64,000 nt of DNA from an uncultured delta proteobacterium (GCA_963752565.1 CAVVZC010000003.1:723080-787079); one strand, 5' to 3'. Positions 31,358-42,058 are shown, numbered from the stretch's first letter. A program made the numbers and translations. The notes: generated from the letters alone by a model not told the origin.

Positions 31358-32971
31358 ATGGAACATGACAACATGGAAACGGATAAATCAAAAAAACCAG
31401 GACTGCTTTCAAACAAAATGCTCTGGCTAATTGTTGGAGCAGCCTGTTTTGGGATCATCGGGTTTATTATTCCAACACCTCAGAGTTTGGTTGAACTGGT
31501 GGAAAAACAGAAAATTGCGGAAAGGCTCATCGAATGGCATATCGCCCGTGATATTGCCCACGCGGCATGGAAGGCGAAGCTCGTTCTGGCCATGATCCCC
31601 ATGGCTGTCATATATTTTGCAACCGAGGCGCTTCCCATCGGCCTGGTGGGCATCTTGATGCCGTTGTTTGCGTATTTTTTCAAACTATTGCCCATGAAGA
31701 TGATCGGACAAACCTTTGCCGGTGATGCACCGCTGTTTCTTTTGGGCGTTTTGGCCATGGGGGTGACAGTGATCGGCGTGGGATTGCATAAACGACTCGC
31801 CACGTGGATACTCGGATGGACCAAAGGTTTTGTGGTGCCCATTGTCGTCTTGTGTGTTTCCATGTCCGTCTTGGGATCATTTATATCCGCCCATGCCATG
31901 GCGGCCTTTATGGCGCCGGTGATGGCGGCTGTTTACATGGGAGCGGTTTCGGCCAAAAACAATCAGGGCGTCATCGAGCATGATCCGCAACTGGCCAAGC
32001 TTTTGATGTTTGCCCTTTGTTTTGCCTTGAATGTCGGCGGTGTGGGATCACCCGCAGCCGGCGGTCGAAACGTCATCATGATGGGATTCTGGTCCGATTA
32101 CAATGTGCCCATGAGTTTCGGCCGGTGGATGATGTACGGTCTTCCGCTGACCCCGGTGCTGGGCCTGGCAGTGGCTGGATATATGTTATTTGTATTTAGA
32201 AAGGTCAAAACAAAAGACCTCACTCCCGGTCTTTTGGCCATAAAGGAAGAAACGAAAAAGATGGGGAAAATGAGTTATGCCGAAAAAGTGGCGTTCGGTA
32301 TGATGCTCCTGATACTCTTCCTCTGGATCGTCGGCGGGCACGATCTCGGCCTTGGGGGGCCGGCCTTGCTCGCCCTGGTCATTCCGGTTGTGTTTAAAAT
32401 TGCGGATTGGAGAAAAATTTTAGGCGGCATATCCTGGGATGCCTGGTTTATGTATTGCGGAGCCCTTACCCTTGGCGCACTATTAAAGGAGACGGGTGCG
32501 GCCCTGTGGCTGGCTCAGCTTTTTCTAGGCGGCTTGGACGCGATAGGTTGCGGGAAAGGCTTGGGCCTCTGGATTGGAATGAGTTCTTTTTCAGGCCTGA
32601 TGACCAACTTTATGTCCGACGCAGGGACCACCGCGCTTTTAGGACCCATCGCTGTCCCAATGGGTATTATGAGCGGTGTTCAAGGTGAGCCCTGGGCCAT
32701 CGGACTTGCCACGGCCTTTGCCACGTCTTTTGCCCATTTTCTGATCGTGGGAACTCCGAACAATGCCATTGTTTACGGTCTCGGCGTTTATCCGGATACC
32801 GGTCAACGAATGATCAGTCCCATCGACTTTGTCAAATACGGGTTTATTCTCTGGATCATTTGCCTTGTTATCACATGGGTATTGGGTTTTATGGTGCTTT
32901 ATAATGTGGTAGGATTTCCGGAAGGGATTACCGAGACGGCAAAGGCGGTCCTTATGAGCAATGCGCATTAA
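31358..32971 (+). CDS. SLC13/DASS family Na+:sulfate/carboxylate symporter
   Basis: TEALP, GLHKRLA, NVGGVGSPAAGGRN, TNFMSD, VGTPNNAIVY. Confidence 0.9.
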   Translation: MEHDNMETDKSKKPGLLSNKMLWLIVGAACFGIIGFIIPTPQSLVELVEKQKIAERLIEWHIARDIAHAAWKAKLVLAMIPMAVIYFATEALPIGLVGILMPLFAYFFKLLPMKMIGQTFAGDAPLFLLGVLAMGVTVIGVGLHKRLATWILGWTKGFVVPIVVLCVSMSVLGSFISAHAMAAFMAPVMAAVYMGAVSAKNNQGVIEHDPQLAKLLMFALCFALNVGGVGSPAAGGRNVIMMGFWSDYNVPMSFGRWMMYGLPLTPVLGLAVAGYMLFVFRKVKTKDLTPGLLAIKEETKKMGKMSYAEKVAFGMMLLILFLWIVGGHDLGLGGPALLALVIPVVFKIADWRKILGGISWDAWFMYCGALTLGALLKETGAALWLAQLFLGGLDAIGCGKGLGLWIGMSSFSGLMTNFMSDAGTTALLGPIAVPMGIMSGVQGEPWAIGLATAFATSFAHFLIVGTPNNAIVYGLGVYPDTGQRMISPIDFVKYGFILWIICLVITWVLGFMVLYNVVGFPEGITETAKAVLMSNAH

Positions 32972-32993
32972 TTATCAAGATCAGGGGGTATTT

Positions 32994-33434
32994 ATGAAAA
33001 TAAGAATACTTTTAGTGGATGATGAAAAAGAATTTGTAGAGACACTGGCTGAGCGACTTAGGACCAGAGGCTTTCATGTTACGGAAGCCTTCAGCGGGGA
33101 CGAGGCTCTCGAGAAGTTGAAAGAATACAATTTTGATGTGACCATTTTGGACGTTCAGATGCCGGGGATGGATGGCATTGAGGCATTAGGGGTGATAAAG
33201 AAACTGAAACCGTTGACGGAAGTTTTGATGCTCACGGGCCACGGAACCATTGAAACTGCCATTGAAGGCATGAAGATCGGAGCATATGATTTCCTGATAA
33301 AGCCATGCAAAATGGACGTTTTGTTGGAGAAAATCAACGGAGCGTACGAACGAAAAACGGAGCATGAAGAACGGATTCAAAAAGCGATGGTGGACAAACT
33401 GTCAACATCGCCTATGAGCGTTTTTGAAAAATGA
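32994..33434 (+). CDS. Response regulator
   Basis: LLVDDE, LDVQMPG, LTGHG, KP. Confidence 0.92.
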   Translation: MKIRILLVDDEKEFVETLAERLRTRGFHVTEAFSGDEALEKLKEYNFDVTILDVQMPGMDGIEALGVIKKLKPLTEVLMLTGHGTIETAIEGMKIGAYDFLIKPCKMDVLLEKINGAYERKTEHEERIQKAMVDKLSTSPMSVFEK

Positions 33435-33478
33435 TCTGGCAATACTTGAAATGATATAACAGCGTCAAGTTAGAGGAA

Positions 33479-33502
33479 GGGGCAATTCGGTTGAATTGCC
33501 CC
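33479..33502 (+). terminator. Hairpin after DASS operon
   Basis: GGGGCAATTC-ggtt-GAATTGCCCC; no clear U-tract. Confidence 0.45.
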
Positions 33503-33834
33503 CCTCACCTCATCGAAAGGGAAATTGAAGCCTACCATGTTCTCTTGGACGTCGGCGTCCGTTCTTGCCAAACCTGTGGCTACACTCCCACTCTTTCTCT
33601 TTTTCTATGTATTCCAATTAATAATTACTTCCAGCATATACTTCCGGACGGTTTGATGAAAAACAGCTAAGGATAAACACCCTCTTTTATCAAAAAATAT
33701 TAATCAAAACTTATTGATATTGCAGGGTATTATATAATATTGTCTATTGACAATTCATTTGATTTTTGGTATCAGAGATTGGAAGGTTTTGAAACAACGT
33801 CCCCAAAAGTGATCAACCCGTGATGTTTTAAAAA

Positions 33835-34326
33835 ATGAAAATCAAAGTAATAGATAATTTAAAAGGAAAGACAGAACTGCTGAGTTATTTCGAAGCAGAT
33901 CAAGTTGTAGCGTTAATCCGGCAAAATACTCAGGATGTCAATCAGGGAGAGTATAGTCCGGCAGATCTTGAAAGACTGATTGCCTTTGCAACGCCTGAAA
34001 AAATTCAGGAAGAGATGAAAAAAGGCTATCTGGCAATGCTATTCAATGACGAAGAAGATCTCATCGGTTGTGTCCTCGTCGTTCGAAGAGGAATTAAACT
34101 TGTCATAAAAACATTACAGGTTCAAACCATCTACTGCAGAAAAGGCTACGGCTCACTTTTATATAAGCAGTGTGAAAATATGTTCAGGCACATGGGTATG
34201 AATGAGATAGAAGTTCAAGTTCCCAAATTCCCACGCTCGGAAGCTTTCTACAGGAGCCGCGGATTTGTGAAAACCGGAAATCCAACCCCGAAAGATCTGC
34301 ACTTTGCCATGTTTAAGTATATCTGA
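33835..34326 (+). CDS. GNAT family N-acetyltransferase
   Basis: V...CRKGYGSLL motif A, AFYRSRGF motif B. Confidence 0.8.
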   Translation: MKIKVIDNLKGKTELLSYFEADQVVALIRQNTQDVNQGEYSPADLERLIAFATPEKIQEEMKKGYLAMLFNDEEDLIGCVLVVRRGIKLVIKTLQVQTIYCRKGYGSLLYKQCENMFRHMGMNEIEVQVPKFPRSEAFYRSRGFVKTGNPTPKDLHFAMFKYI

Positions 34327-34613
34327 GAAATCCTCACCTAATTCAACGCCAGCCCATGGTCTCTTCCAGTTCATTGATTTTGATGATCTTAAGATCTTTA
34401 TGAACACCTTCGGTGATATTTCTAATCTTCGCCTCGTTTTAGGCCGGAAAAACCTCCATACCTTTCGTTACCGCAAAAACATTACAAGTTGAATAAATCC
34501 CTCCCACTCAGAAGGATCTGATCAGACCATTTGGCAATCTTTTATATTACCTCTAAAATTATTATTCCACGCAGCTACCCGCATTACATAAAACAATTTG
34601 GTTTTGTGCATTT

Positions 34614-34753
34614 TTTCGAAATTTTTCTAAATCCAGTTTCGAAATTCTTCTAAATTAGGGCCCAACAGCGAGATTCATTGCCAACATCGACACAGTTAAC
34701 CGACTGAATTAAAAAGGTTTATATACAATATGATTCGGTGGCATACTTCATGC
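34614..34753 (+). promoter_or_regulatory. Regulon site A: tandem 18-bp UAS + sigma54 promoter
   Basis: TTTCGAAATTTTTCTAAA at 34614, TTTCGAAATTCTTCTAAA at 34637, TGGCATACTTCATGC at 34739. Confidence 0.88.
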
Positions 34754-34897
34754 AAAAAGTAAATTTGTAAGAAGGTACGGTATTTTTCCTATAATAGGGT
34801 TTTAATATTCCGCCCCCTTTTTAAATTTATTAATGGGATAGCTTAGGAGCTTAGTCTTAATGTTGTCACAAAACAGTGTGAAATAAGGAGGTGACAT

Positions 34898-35851
34898 ATG
34901 TTTAAAAAAATACTGCTCGCCACAACAGCTTCACCTAACTGTAACCATGCGGCCAAAGTGGCGTTTGATCTGCAGCTCAAATGGAAGGCGAAACTAATCG
35001 TTCTTCATGTCTTTGGCGTGCATAGGAGTAATTATACTCCTTTTGCCAAGAAAAGCAAAACCATCAAAAAGAAAGTGATGGATGAGGAATATGCGGCCCT
35101 GATAATTGAAGAGATGAAAAACTCCTATGCTAAGGAGTTGGAACATAACGAAAACGTTGTTCTTGAAGCCAATGTCGGGCGGGCTGATAAGGAAATCTTA
35201 AGGAAGGCGCGCGAAGAGGATGTTGACCTAATTATCATGGGTGCCCACACGCGCGAGGAAGGCGCTGGTCCTATGCGGTTCAGGAGTGTGGTTGGAAACA
35301 CAATGCAAAGGGTTGCGAAATCCGCTCGCTGCCCAGTTATTATTATTGGCAGGCCAGGTACTACCGAATGGAAATTATTTTCAAATATTGAATCCGGATT
35401 GAAAATATTTCCAAATATTGTATTTGGAACCGATTTTTCCAAAGCATCTGATTCGGCCTTTCTCTTTGCGTACAAATTGGCAAAAGAAGTTGGAGCCAAG
35501 CTTTACCTTTTCCATGCTTTGAATATCCATTACGGCGATGCCGGCCAGGTTCGTCAGCAGACAGAGATTGAAGAAATGATAAAGGATGCTAAAGAGAAGA
35601 TTGAAAAAAGATATATATCTCAATTGGATGGTTTTGATAATTATGGAATCGAAGTTTGGGAAGGCATCCCGTACGTTGAAATTTTAAAGTTCGCTCGACA
35701 AAAGAATTGTGAACTCATTGTCTTGGCGCATCACACTAAAATAATCGAATCTTCCTTAGCGTCATTCGGTAGCACGATTGAACAAGTAGTTCTCCGCGCA
35801 ACACAGCCGGTTGCAAGTGTAAATCGTCCAGACAGAATTGCTGAAATGTAA
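34898..35851 (+). CDS. Tandem-domain universal stress protein
   Basis: KKILLAT, DLIIMGAH, GTDFS, GST.EQVV; RBS AAGGAGG. Confidence 0.92.
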   Translation: MFKKILLATTASPNCNHAAKVAFDLQLKWKAKLIVLHVFGVHRSNYTPFAKKSKTIKKKVMDEEYAALIIEEMKNSYAKELEHNENVVLEANVGRADKEILRKAREEDVDLIIMGAHTREEGAGPMRFRSVVGNTMQRVAKSARCPVIIIGRPGTTEWKLFSNIESGLKIFPNIVFGTDFSKASDSAFLFAYKLAKEVGAKLYLFHALNIHYGDAGQVRQQTEIEEMIKDAKEKIEKRYISQLDGFDNYGIEVWEGIPYVEILKFARQKNCELIVLAHHTKIIESSLASFGSTIEQVVLRATQPVASVNRPDRIAEM

Positions 35852-36033
35852 TCATTGCAGAAGAACCTCGTGTCCTGAAATGAGAAAAAATTTCCGCAAT
35901 AGCAAGATAATGACTAATGTTAATAGCCGGCAATAGACTCTGTAAAATCTTTGCAAAGGCGGAAAGGGGGATGTTGAAGCTGTTTCTTTTCAGTTGAAAT
36001 TTGAGGTTATATTTGAAACCGAGCATTTGAAAA

Positions 36034-36129
36034 ATGTTGAAAAAGATAAGTCTGAGATCAAGGATATTAATAAATATAACTGCTCTGGTCGTCATCACGA
36101 TCATGGGCGCGTTGGCGATGGTTGGGTAA
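36034..36129 (+). pseudogene. Truncated N-terminus of a membrane sensor (likely histidine kinase)
   Basis: MLKKISLRSRILINITALVVITIMGALAMVG*, typical sensor TM1 start with nothing following. Confidence 0.4.
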
Positions 36130-36539
36130 CCTCACCGGCGGGAATCGATCACAAGCAGCAAAGCTCCTTGGCCTTTCCAGGCCCACCTTACATTCCAAGA
36201 TCGAAAAGTATAGTCTCAAGTTCAAAACTTCCGTTAAAGAAGACCCATCATAGTTATTGAAAAATCCTTCTAAAATGTGGGCACCTTTTCTTTAGATTAT
36301 TATTTTTTTATTGCGATTCATAGATGAATTGCACTAATATTTATTATTATGATCACAGTGCATATCATTTTGCATTGGCCATACATAAAGGTCCATTTTA
36401 AAAAAATACGGTGTGATAATATAATATAATTTTTATTGCCTTTGAGCTGATTGAGCATGTAATTTTCCCGTTATTCTGGTTCATTATAAAAGTCAGAAAA
36501 AATCGAGTATTTTCATTAATAATGCTCAGGAGATAGATT

Positions 36540-38720
36540 ATGAGAGAGCGTAAAATAATGTATGTTTTGATTCTGATAATGATAACAGTTTGTGTTGTTG
36601 TCGCCGGAATTAACATCTTCATTTTGTACGGAACAGCATTTGAGCAGCAACGAGAGCGACTGATGGAGAGTGTTAAGGGTCAAGCGCGTCTGATAGAAGC
36701 AGTTGCCAGATTTAACGTTCTTCATAAAGCAAAATGGCACCCTCAATACGGAGATCCGGCAGACGCAACGCTGGTTGAAATCATAGACGCGCATGAGCAT
36801 TATGTGGGATTTGGAAAGACAGGAGAGTTTATGCTCGCCCGTCGCGATGGAGATAATATTTCTTTTTTATTGAATAACAGGCATGCCAGTTTCGAAAAAC
36901 CACAGCAGATGCGGTTCGACTCGAATCTTGCCGAACCGACGCGTTTGGCGCTATCAGGAAAATCCGGAACAGTGGTTGGTCTTGATTATCGTGGGATGAC
37001 TGTGGTTGCAGCATATGAACCCGTGGCACACTTGAACTTGGGTATAGTGGCAAAAATTGACTTGTCTGAGATTCGGGCGCCGTTTGCGAGAGCTGGGATA
37101 ATAACTGGAGTATTATCAGTTTTGACTGTTGTAGTGTCGGTGTTATTGTTCCTCCGCATTAGCAACCCGATTATTAGAATTTTGGAGGACCGAACTTTCG
37201 AATTTGAGAAAATGAATGAGAAATTGATACAGGAGATAGGAGATCACAAACGATCGCAGATGGACTTACATGAAGCAAAAGACCTGCTTTCCAATACGTT
37301 TGACGCCCTCCAAGACTCGGTGATGGTCATCGATAAAGATTTTCGGGTTAGAATGTCGAATTGGAAAAGCCATGATTACATTTCAGAAAAAGATCGTCAG
37401 GGCCGTCCTTATTGTTATGAGGTGTTTTTGAACCGCAATAAACCCTGTAACCCCTGCCACAACATGGAGGTGTTTGCTACCGGTGAAATAAAGCAGTTTG
37501 AGAATATAAATCCCATTGATGGAAAGATCAGGGATATACGCGTGCTTCCGATGTTTGATGATGAAGGCAAGGTTATCTCGGTGATCGAACACCTCCGTGA
37601 TATCACCGATCTCAAGCGATCAGAGAGGGCGTTGGTGGAAAGCGAACAGCGCTTCCGTGATCTGGTTGAAAATTCACTTATTGGAATATCCATTATTCAA
37701 AATAATCAAATTATCTATCAAAATCCCGAACAGGAGAAACTTATTGGTCCTCTACCACGGGAGCCTAAATTTGCAGATCTTGAAAACATTCATCCAGATG
37801 ACGCTGAAAAGTTAAGACAATTTCACCAGGCCGTCAATTCAGGCCAAGTTCAGACACAGGATACAGATTTTAGGTTCTATCTCCCGGATAATACCAACAA
37901 CACACTTGTCAAAAAATGGGTCCAATGTCGTGCAAGTATCATAGAATATCAAGGAGAAGAAGCGATGTTGGTCAATATGATGGATATTTCCCGGTCTAAG
38001 GAGATGGAGAGGCTTTTAAGAATTCAAGACAAGATGTCTTCTCTGGGGCGTGTGGCTGCCGGTATTGCCCATGAAATAAGAAACCCGCTTTCCGGCATTA
38101 ATATCTACTTAAACACCCTTGAGAAGATCTATGATAAAAGGGAAAACTTGGAAAAAGTAAAGGGGATTTTAGAAAAGATCCAATCAGCCTCAATTAAGAT
38201 TGAGTCTGTGATCAGGAGGGTCATGGATTTTTCAAAACCCGGTGAGCCAAAGTTTGTTTTAACAGACATAAATAAATCCATTAAGGAAGCCGTTAATCTT
38301 TCCGAGGTTACTTTGCGTAAGAAAGGGATTAAGATAGAAAAAGCTCTGGCTTCGGATTTGCCACTGTGTCAAGCCGATCCAAACATGATCGAACAGGTAA
38401 TTTTAAATCTGATCAACAATGCCACTGAAGCCATGCAGGATATGAGGAAAGGAAAAAAAATAGAGATAACCTCATCTATAGGAAATGATTGTATTCTCAT
38501 GATGGTTTCCGATTCTGGTCCCGGGGTGCCTTTAGCCATGAAAGATCAACTATTTGATCCCTTTTATTCCACCAAGAGCAGCGGTACAGGAATCGGCCTA
38601 AGTATCACCCACAGAATTGTCACAGATCATGGTGGTTCTATGGATATCTCAGAAAGTAGATGGGGCGGAGCTGAATTCAGGATTGAATTGCCCATAAAGA
38701 AAGGAATAGGCGACTCATGA
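36540..38720 (+). CDS. Membrane PAS-PAS sensor histidine kinase
   Basis: TM-Cache-TM, PAS with CYEVFLNRNKPCNPC, second PAS, AAGIAHEIRNPL, DSGPG, GTGIGL. Confidence 0.92.
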   Translation: MRERKIMYVLILIMITVCVVVAGINIFILYGTAFEQQRERLMESVKGQARLIEAVARFNVLHKAKWHPQYGDPADATLVEIIDAHEHYVGFGKTGEFMLARRDGDNISFLLNNRHASFEKPQQMRFDSNLAEPTRLALSGKSGTVVGLDYRGMTVVAAYEPVAHLNLGIVAKIDLSEIRAPFARAGIITGVLSVLTVVVSVLLFLRISNPIIRILEDRTFEFEKMNEKLIQEIGDHKRSQMDLHEAKDLLSNTFDALQDSVMVIDKDFRVRMSNWKSHDYISEKDRQGRPYCYEVFLNRNKPCNPCHNMEVFATGEIKQFENINPIDGKIRDIRVLPMFDDEGKVISVIEHLRDITDLKRSERALVESEQRFRDLVENSLIGISIIQNNQIIYQNPEQEKLIGPLPREPKFADLENIHPDDAEKLRQFHQAVNSGQVQTQDTDFRFYLPDNTNNTLVKKWVQCRASIIEYQGEEAMLVNMMDISRSKEMERLLRIQDKMSSLGRVAAGIAHEIRNPLSGINIYLNTLEKIYDKRENLEKVKGILEKIQSASIKIESVIRRVMDFSKPGEPKFVLTDINKSIKEAVNLSEVTLRKKGIKIEKALASDLPLCQADPNMIEQVILNLINNATEAMQDMRKGKKIEITSSIGNDCILMMVSDSGPGVPLAMKDQLFDPFYSTKSSGTGIGLSITHRIVTDHGGSMDISESRWGGAEFRIELPIKKGIGDS

Positions 38721-40105
38721 TTCAATATTCTATTTATATCGTCGATGATGAAGAGAGCATAAGGGAAGGGGTAACGATGGCCCTTGAGGAACACTATAAA
38801 ATAGAAGCATTCTCTACAGCCGAGACCGCAATTGACGCCATAGAGGCAAATCTCCCTGACCTGGTTCTGCTTGACATCGGATTACCGGGTATGGATGGGA
38901 TGAATGCGCTTCGCGAAATTAAGGGTCTGCATCCTGATGTACTAGTTATTATGATAACTGCCTATGAAGATATCGCCAGCGTAATCTCTGCCATGAAGCT
39001 GGGTGCCTATGATTATGTGGTAAAACCGATTCACATGGATAGTTTGGAGATGACAATTCGAAATGCGCTTGAAACGATCCGACTAAGAAAAGAAGTTCAG
39101 TTGCTCCAAGAGAGATATCTTAGGGAGAACCTTCCTTGTTTTATAAGTGAAAGCAATGCTATCCAGAATGTTATGGCTTTTATAGAGATGGTGGCAAAAA
39201 GCCCAGATACTCCGATTCTTATTCTCGGAGAAACCGGTACAGGTAAAGAATTGATTGCCAGTGCGATTCATTACAGAAGCCCCAATTTCAAGGGGCCTTT
39301 CATGACTGTGAATTGTGCTGCCATCCCAAAAGACCTTATTGAAAGCGAACTTTTTGGGTATGAAAAAGGCGCCTTCAGCGGAGCGGGGGCATCAGGCAAA
39401 AAAGGCTTAATAGAAGAGGCGGCAAATGGGACCCTGTTTCTTGATGAGGTGGGGGATTTGAGTCTTGAAGCCCAGGCCAAGCTTCTTAGATTTCTCGAAA
39501 TGGGTGAATTTTACAGGGTTGGCGGGACAAAGAAATTGCAAATTGAAACAAGAATCGTTTCCGCCACCAACAAAGATTTAGACAGTATGATAGAAAAAGG
39601 CCTGTTTCGAAAGGACCTTTATTTCCGAGTCGGAGTAATAAAAGTACAGGCACCCTCGTTGAATGAACGTCGCGGTGATATCATGCCACTTGCCAAGCAC
39701 TTCATTATGGAGTTCAGCAATAAATTCGGCAAGGCATTCACCGACATCTCTGCAAATGCAGAGAATGCTCTTATGACACACAACTGGACAGGCCATGTTC
39801 GTGAACTAAAAAACCTTATAGAGAAAGGAGTGCTTGTAGGAGAGGGACCAATGTTGGAGGTCGAGGATCTCGGCTTAGGAAAAATATCCGGAAGTGACAC
39901 ACCCAAGAAAGCAACAGATGGAATTATTTTTCCACCGCTTCCAGCTCAAGGCATCGACCTTGCTTTCACTCAAGAATCTTTAGAAAAATATTATATTGAA
40001 GAAGCCTTTAGAATGGCCGAAGGCAACGAAAGTAGGGCTGCCAGACTCCTTAACATGAACCACCACACCTTCCGTTACCGGAGAAAGAAGCTACAAAACA
40101 AATAG
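38717..40105 (+). CDS. NtrC-family sigma54-dependent response regulator
   Basis: REC, GETGTGKE, ESELFGY, GAFSGA, Fis HTH; ATGA overlap with the kinase. Confidence 0.93.
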   Translation: MIQYSIYIVDDEESIREGVTMALEEHYKIEAFSTAETAIDAIEANLPDLVLLDIGLPGMDGMNALREIKGLHPDVLVIMITAYEDIASVISAMKLGAYDYVVKPIHMDSLEMTIRNALETIRLRKEVQLLQERYLRENLPCFISESNAIQNVMAFIEMVAKSPDTPILILGETGTGKELIASAIHYRSPNFKGPFMTVNCAAIPKDLIESELFGYEKGAFSGAGASGKKGLIEEAANGTLFLDEVGDLSLEAQAKLLRFLEMGEFYRVGGTKKLQIETRIVSATNKDLDSMIEKGLFRKDLYFRVGVIKVQAPSLNERRGDIMPLAKHFIMEFSNKFGKAFTDISANAENALMTHNWTGHVRELKNLIEKGVLVGEGPMLEVEDLGLGKISGSDTPKKATDGIIFPPLPAQGIDLAFTQESLEKYYIEEAFRMAEGNESRAARLLNMNHHTFRYRRKKLQNK

Positions 40106-40234
40106 ATCCCGTCCCCCAGAAAGATCTGATCAAACCATTTGACAATTCTTATATAATTTCTCCCGAATATTCTATTCTACGCAATTACCAGCATCAGGTG
40201 ATATCATTTGGCCTGGTGCGTTTTTTTTCGTATT

Positions 40235-40374
40235 TTTCGAAATTTTTCTAAAACAAGTTTCGAAATTCTTCTAAATTAGGGCTCTGTGATAAGATGCTGG
40301 GCGAACGGTAAAACTATAACTACTATGACTTTATAAGGTTTATCTTAATTATGATTCGATGGCATACTTCATGC
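40235..40374 (+). promoter_or_regulatory. Regulon site B: tandem UAS + sigma54 promoter
   Basis: Boxes at 40235 and 40258; TGGCATACTTCATGC at 40360. Confidence 0.88.
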
Positions 40375-40445
40375 AAACCGTAAAATGGTAAGAAGCCACA
40401 GTATTTTCTCAATTAGACGAATTTTAATGTTCCAGGAGACTTCAG

Positions 40446-40856
40446 ATGGACCTGTATAGCAAACTCAAAGACAAGAAAATATTACTCGTAGACGACGATG
40501 AGTGGATCAGGGACTCCTTAACCGTGTACTTCGGTGCTGAAGGCTGCCACATTCTGGCGGTAGAGACGGCTGAAGAGGGTCTGGAATTACTCAAACAGGA
40601 AGATTGGGATATCATTCTTACAGACTATAAATTACCGGGCATAGATGGGTTGACATTTTCTAAAAAGATTCAGGGGATTCGTCCGGATGCCATAAAAATA
40701 CTCATCACGGCCTACAAAAATAAAGAGGTAGTTTCTGAAGCAGTGAGTGCCGGAATTCAAGATCTTATTGATAAGCCATTCACAATCAAGACTATTGAAG
40801 ATTCTATTTCTCGATTGATCCTCAAGAATGAAAAAGAAATTAAGAAAAGTTCATAA
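40446..40856 (+). CDS. Single-domain response regulator
   Basis: LLVDDD, TDYKLPG, ITAY, KPF. Confidence 0.9.
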   Translation: MDLYSKLKDKKILLVDDDEWIRDSLTVYFGAEGCHILAVETAEEGLELLKQEDWDIILTDYKLPGIDGLTFSKKIQGIRPDAIKILITAYKNKEVVSEAVSAGIQDLIDKPFTIKTIEDSISRLILKNEKEIKKSS

Positions 40857-40987
40857 TGTTTTTAAAGGTTCACTTATTTCAAAAAGCAAGGGGTTTGGCC
40901 ACAATATACCTCTGACATTTGTAAGTCGTTTAACCAAAGTATAATGAGCGAATGGATGGATTGGTAGAATTCACGGAAGGAAAAATC

Positions 40988-41104
40988 ATGAAAACCTTGG
41001 ACATTTTCTTGGTAACTTCTTTAGGTCTTACAGCAGCATGGTGCATTTACACATTAATTGTATTCTTAGGTTTTATTTTTATTACCCAGCCTTGGTATAT
41101 GTAG
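40988..41104 (+). CDS. Small 38-aa membrane protein
   Basis: RBS GGAAGGA; MKTLDIFLVTSLGLTAAWCIYTLIVFLGFIFITQPWYM. Confidence 0.5.
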   Translation: MKTLDIFLVTSLGLTAAWCIYTLIVFLGFIFITQPWYM

Positions 41105-41194
41105 CTGTTTTACGTAACGCCGGAGATTTAGATTAAAGTTCCCAAAAACTTAAAAAAGAACACTTAAAAAAGATTTAATTTAAGGAGGCGTAAC

Positions 41195-41491
41195 ATGTCA
41201 CATGTTAAATCAAAACAAAAGATTAAACGGCGAAGAGTGAAATTTTCATTAAAATCAGACGGAGCCAAAGAGGTTATCTTGATGGGAGATTTTAACAATT
41301 GGAATCCCAAAAAACACTCGATGCAAAGTAATGGTGAGGGAGTATGGAACAAAACAGTGGTGCTTTCTCCTGGAAAATACGAGTACAAGTTTTTGATTGA
41401 CGGTGAATGGAGGGAAGACCCCCAGAATGATCAAACCTGTCCGAATTCTTTCGGGACTCACAACAGTGTTCTTCACATAACCGTACCGTAA
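41195..41491 (+). CDS. Stand-alone glycogen-binding (CBM48 / AMPK-beta-like) protein
   Basis: GDFNNW, LSPGKYEYKFLIDGEW..DP, NSFGTHN. Confidence 0.9.
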   Translation: MSHVKSKQKIKRRRVKFSLKSDGAKEVILMGDFNNWNPKKHSMQSNGEGVWNKTVVLSPGKYEYKFLIDGEWREDPQNDQTCPNSFGTHNSVLHITVP

Positions 41492-41519
41492 AAAGTTCCA
41501 GCCATTATGGAGGATAACA

Positions 41520-41795
41520 ATGGCATCAAACTTCCATATGTTTTCTTTTAAAACCAGAGACAGTCTTCATCTAAAATTGGAGGGCGATTTTGATGGAAAT
41601 TCTGCCTATGAATTGCTCGAAACTCTAAAAAAATATGATAGCGGTTCTTATCAGATCTTTATTGACACTAATGACCTTAAAACCATCTATCCATTCGGTA
41701 AGGAAGTGTTTCAAAAGAAACTCGGTGCTTTCAAACAGCAATTAAGCAACCTTATCTTTATTGGGGAAAATGGACATATATTTTTGCCAAATTAG
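41520..41795 (+). CDS. STAS-like (anti-sigma antagonist-like) small protein
   Basis: LHLKLEGDFDGNSA.EL, IFIDT..L; RBS GGAGG. Confidence 0.65.
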   Translation: MASNFHMFSFKTRDSLHLKLEGDFDGNSAYELLETLKKYDSGSYQIFIDTNDLKTIYPFGKEVFQKKLGAFKQQLSNLIFIGENGHIFLPN

Positions 41796-42058
41796 AAGCC
41801 GTTGCATCGGTGCACCACCATACCGGTTGATGGCGCAGCTCCGACCCGACACAATAGAAACTATATCTATTAGAATGACGGGCGGGATATCTTGAATGTG
41901 TCCTTGGAGATATCAGGGGAGGATTGAGGAGCTATAATCAAATAAAAGCAAGGCAATAAACAGCCTACAGATCTGAAAATCGAGCAATGCCGAAGGATAA
42001 GCCTCTTTAACAAACAGGGACTTATCTAAGGCGTTGCGGAAGATTAAAGTGTATTAAA

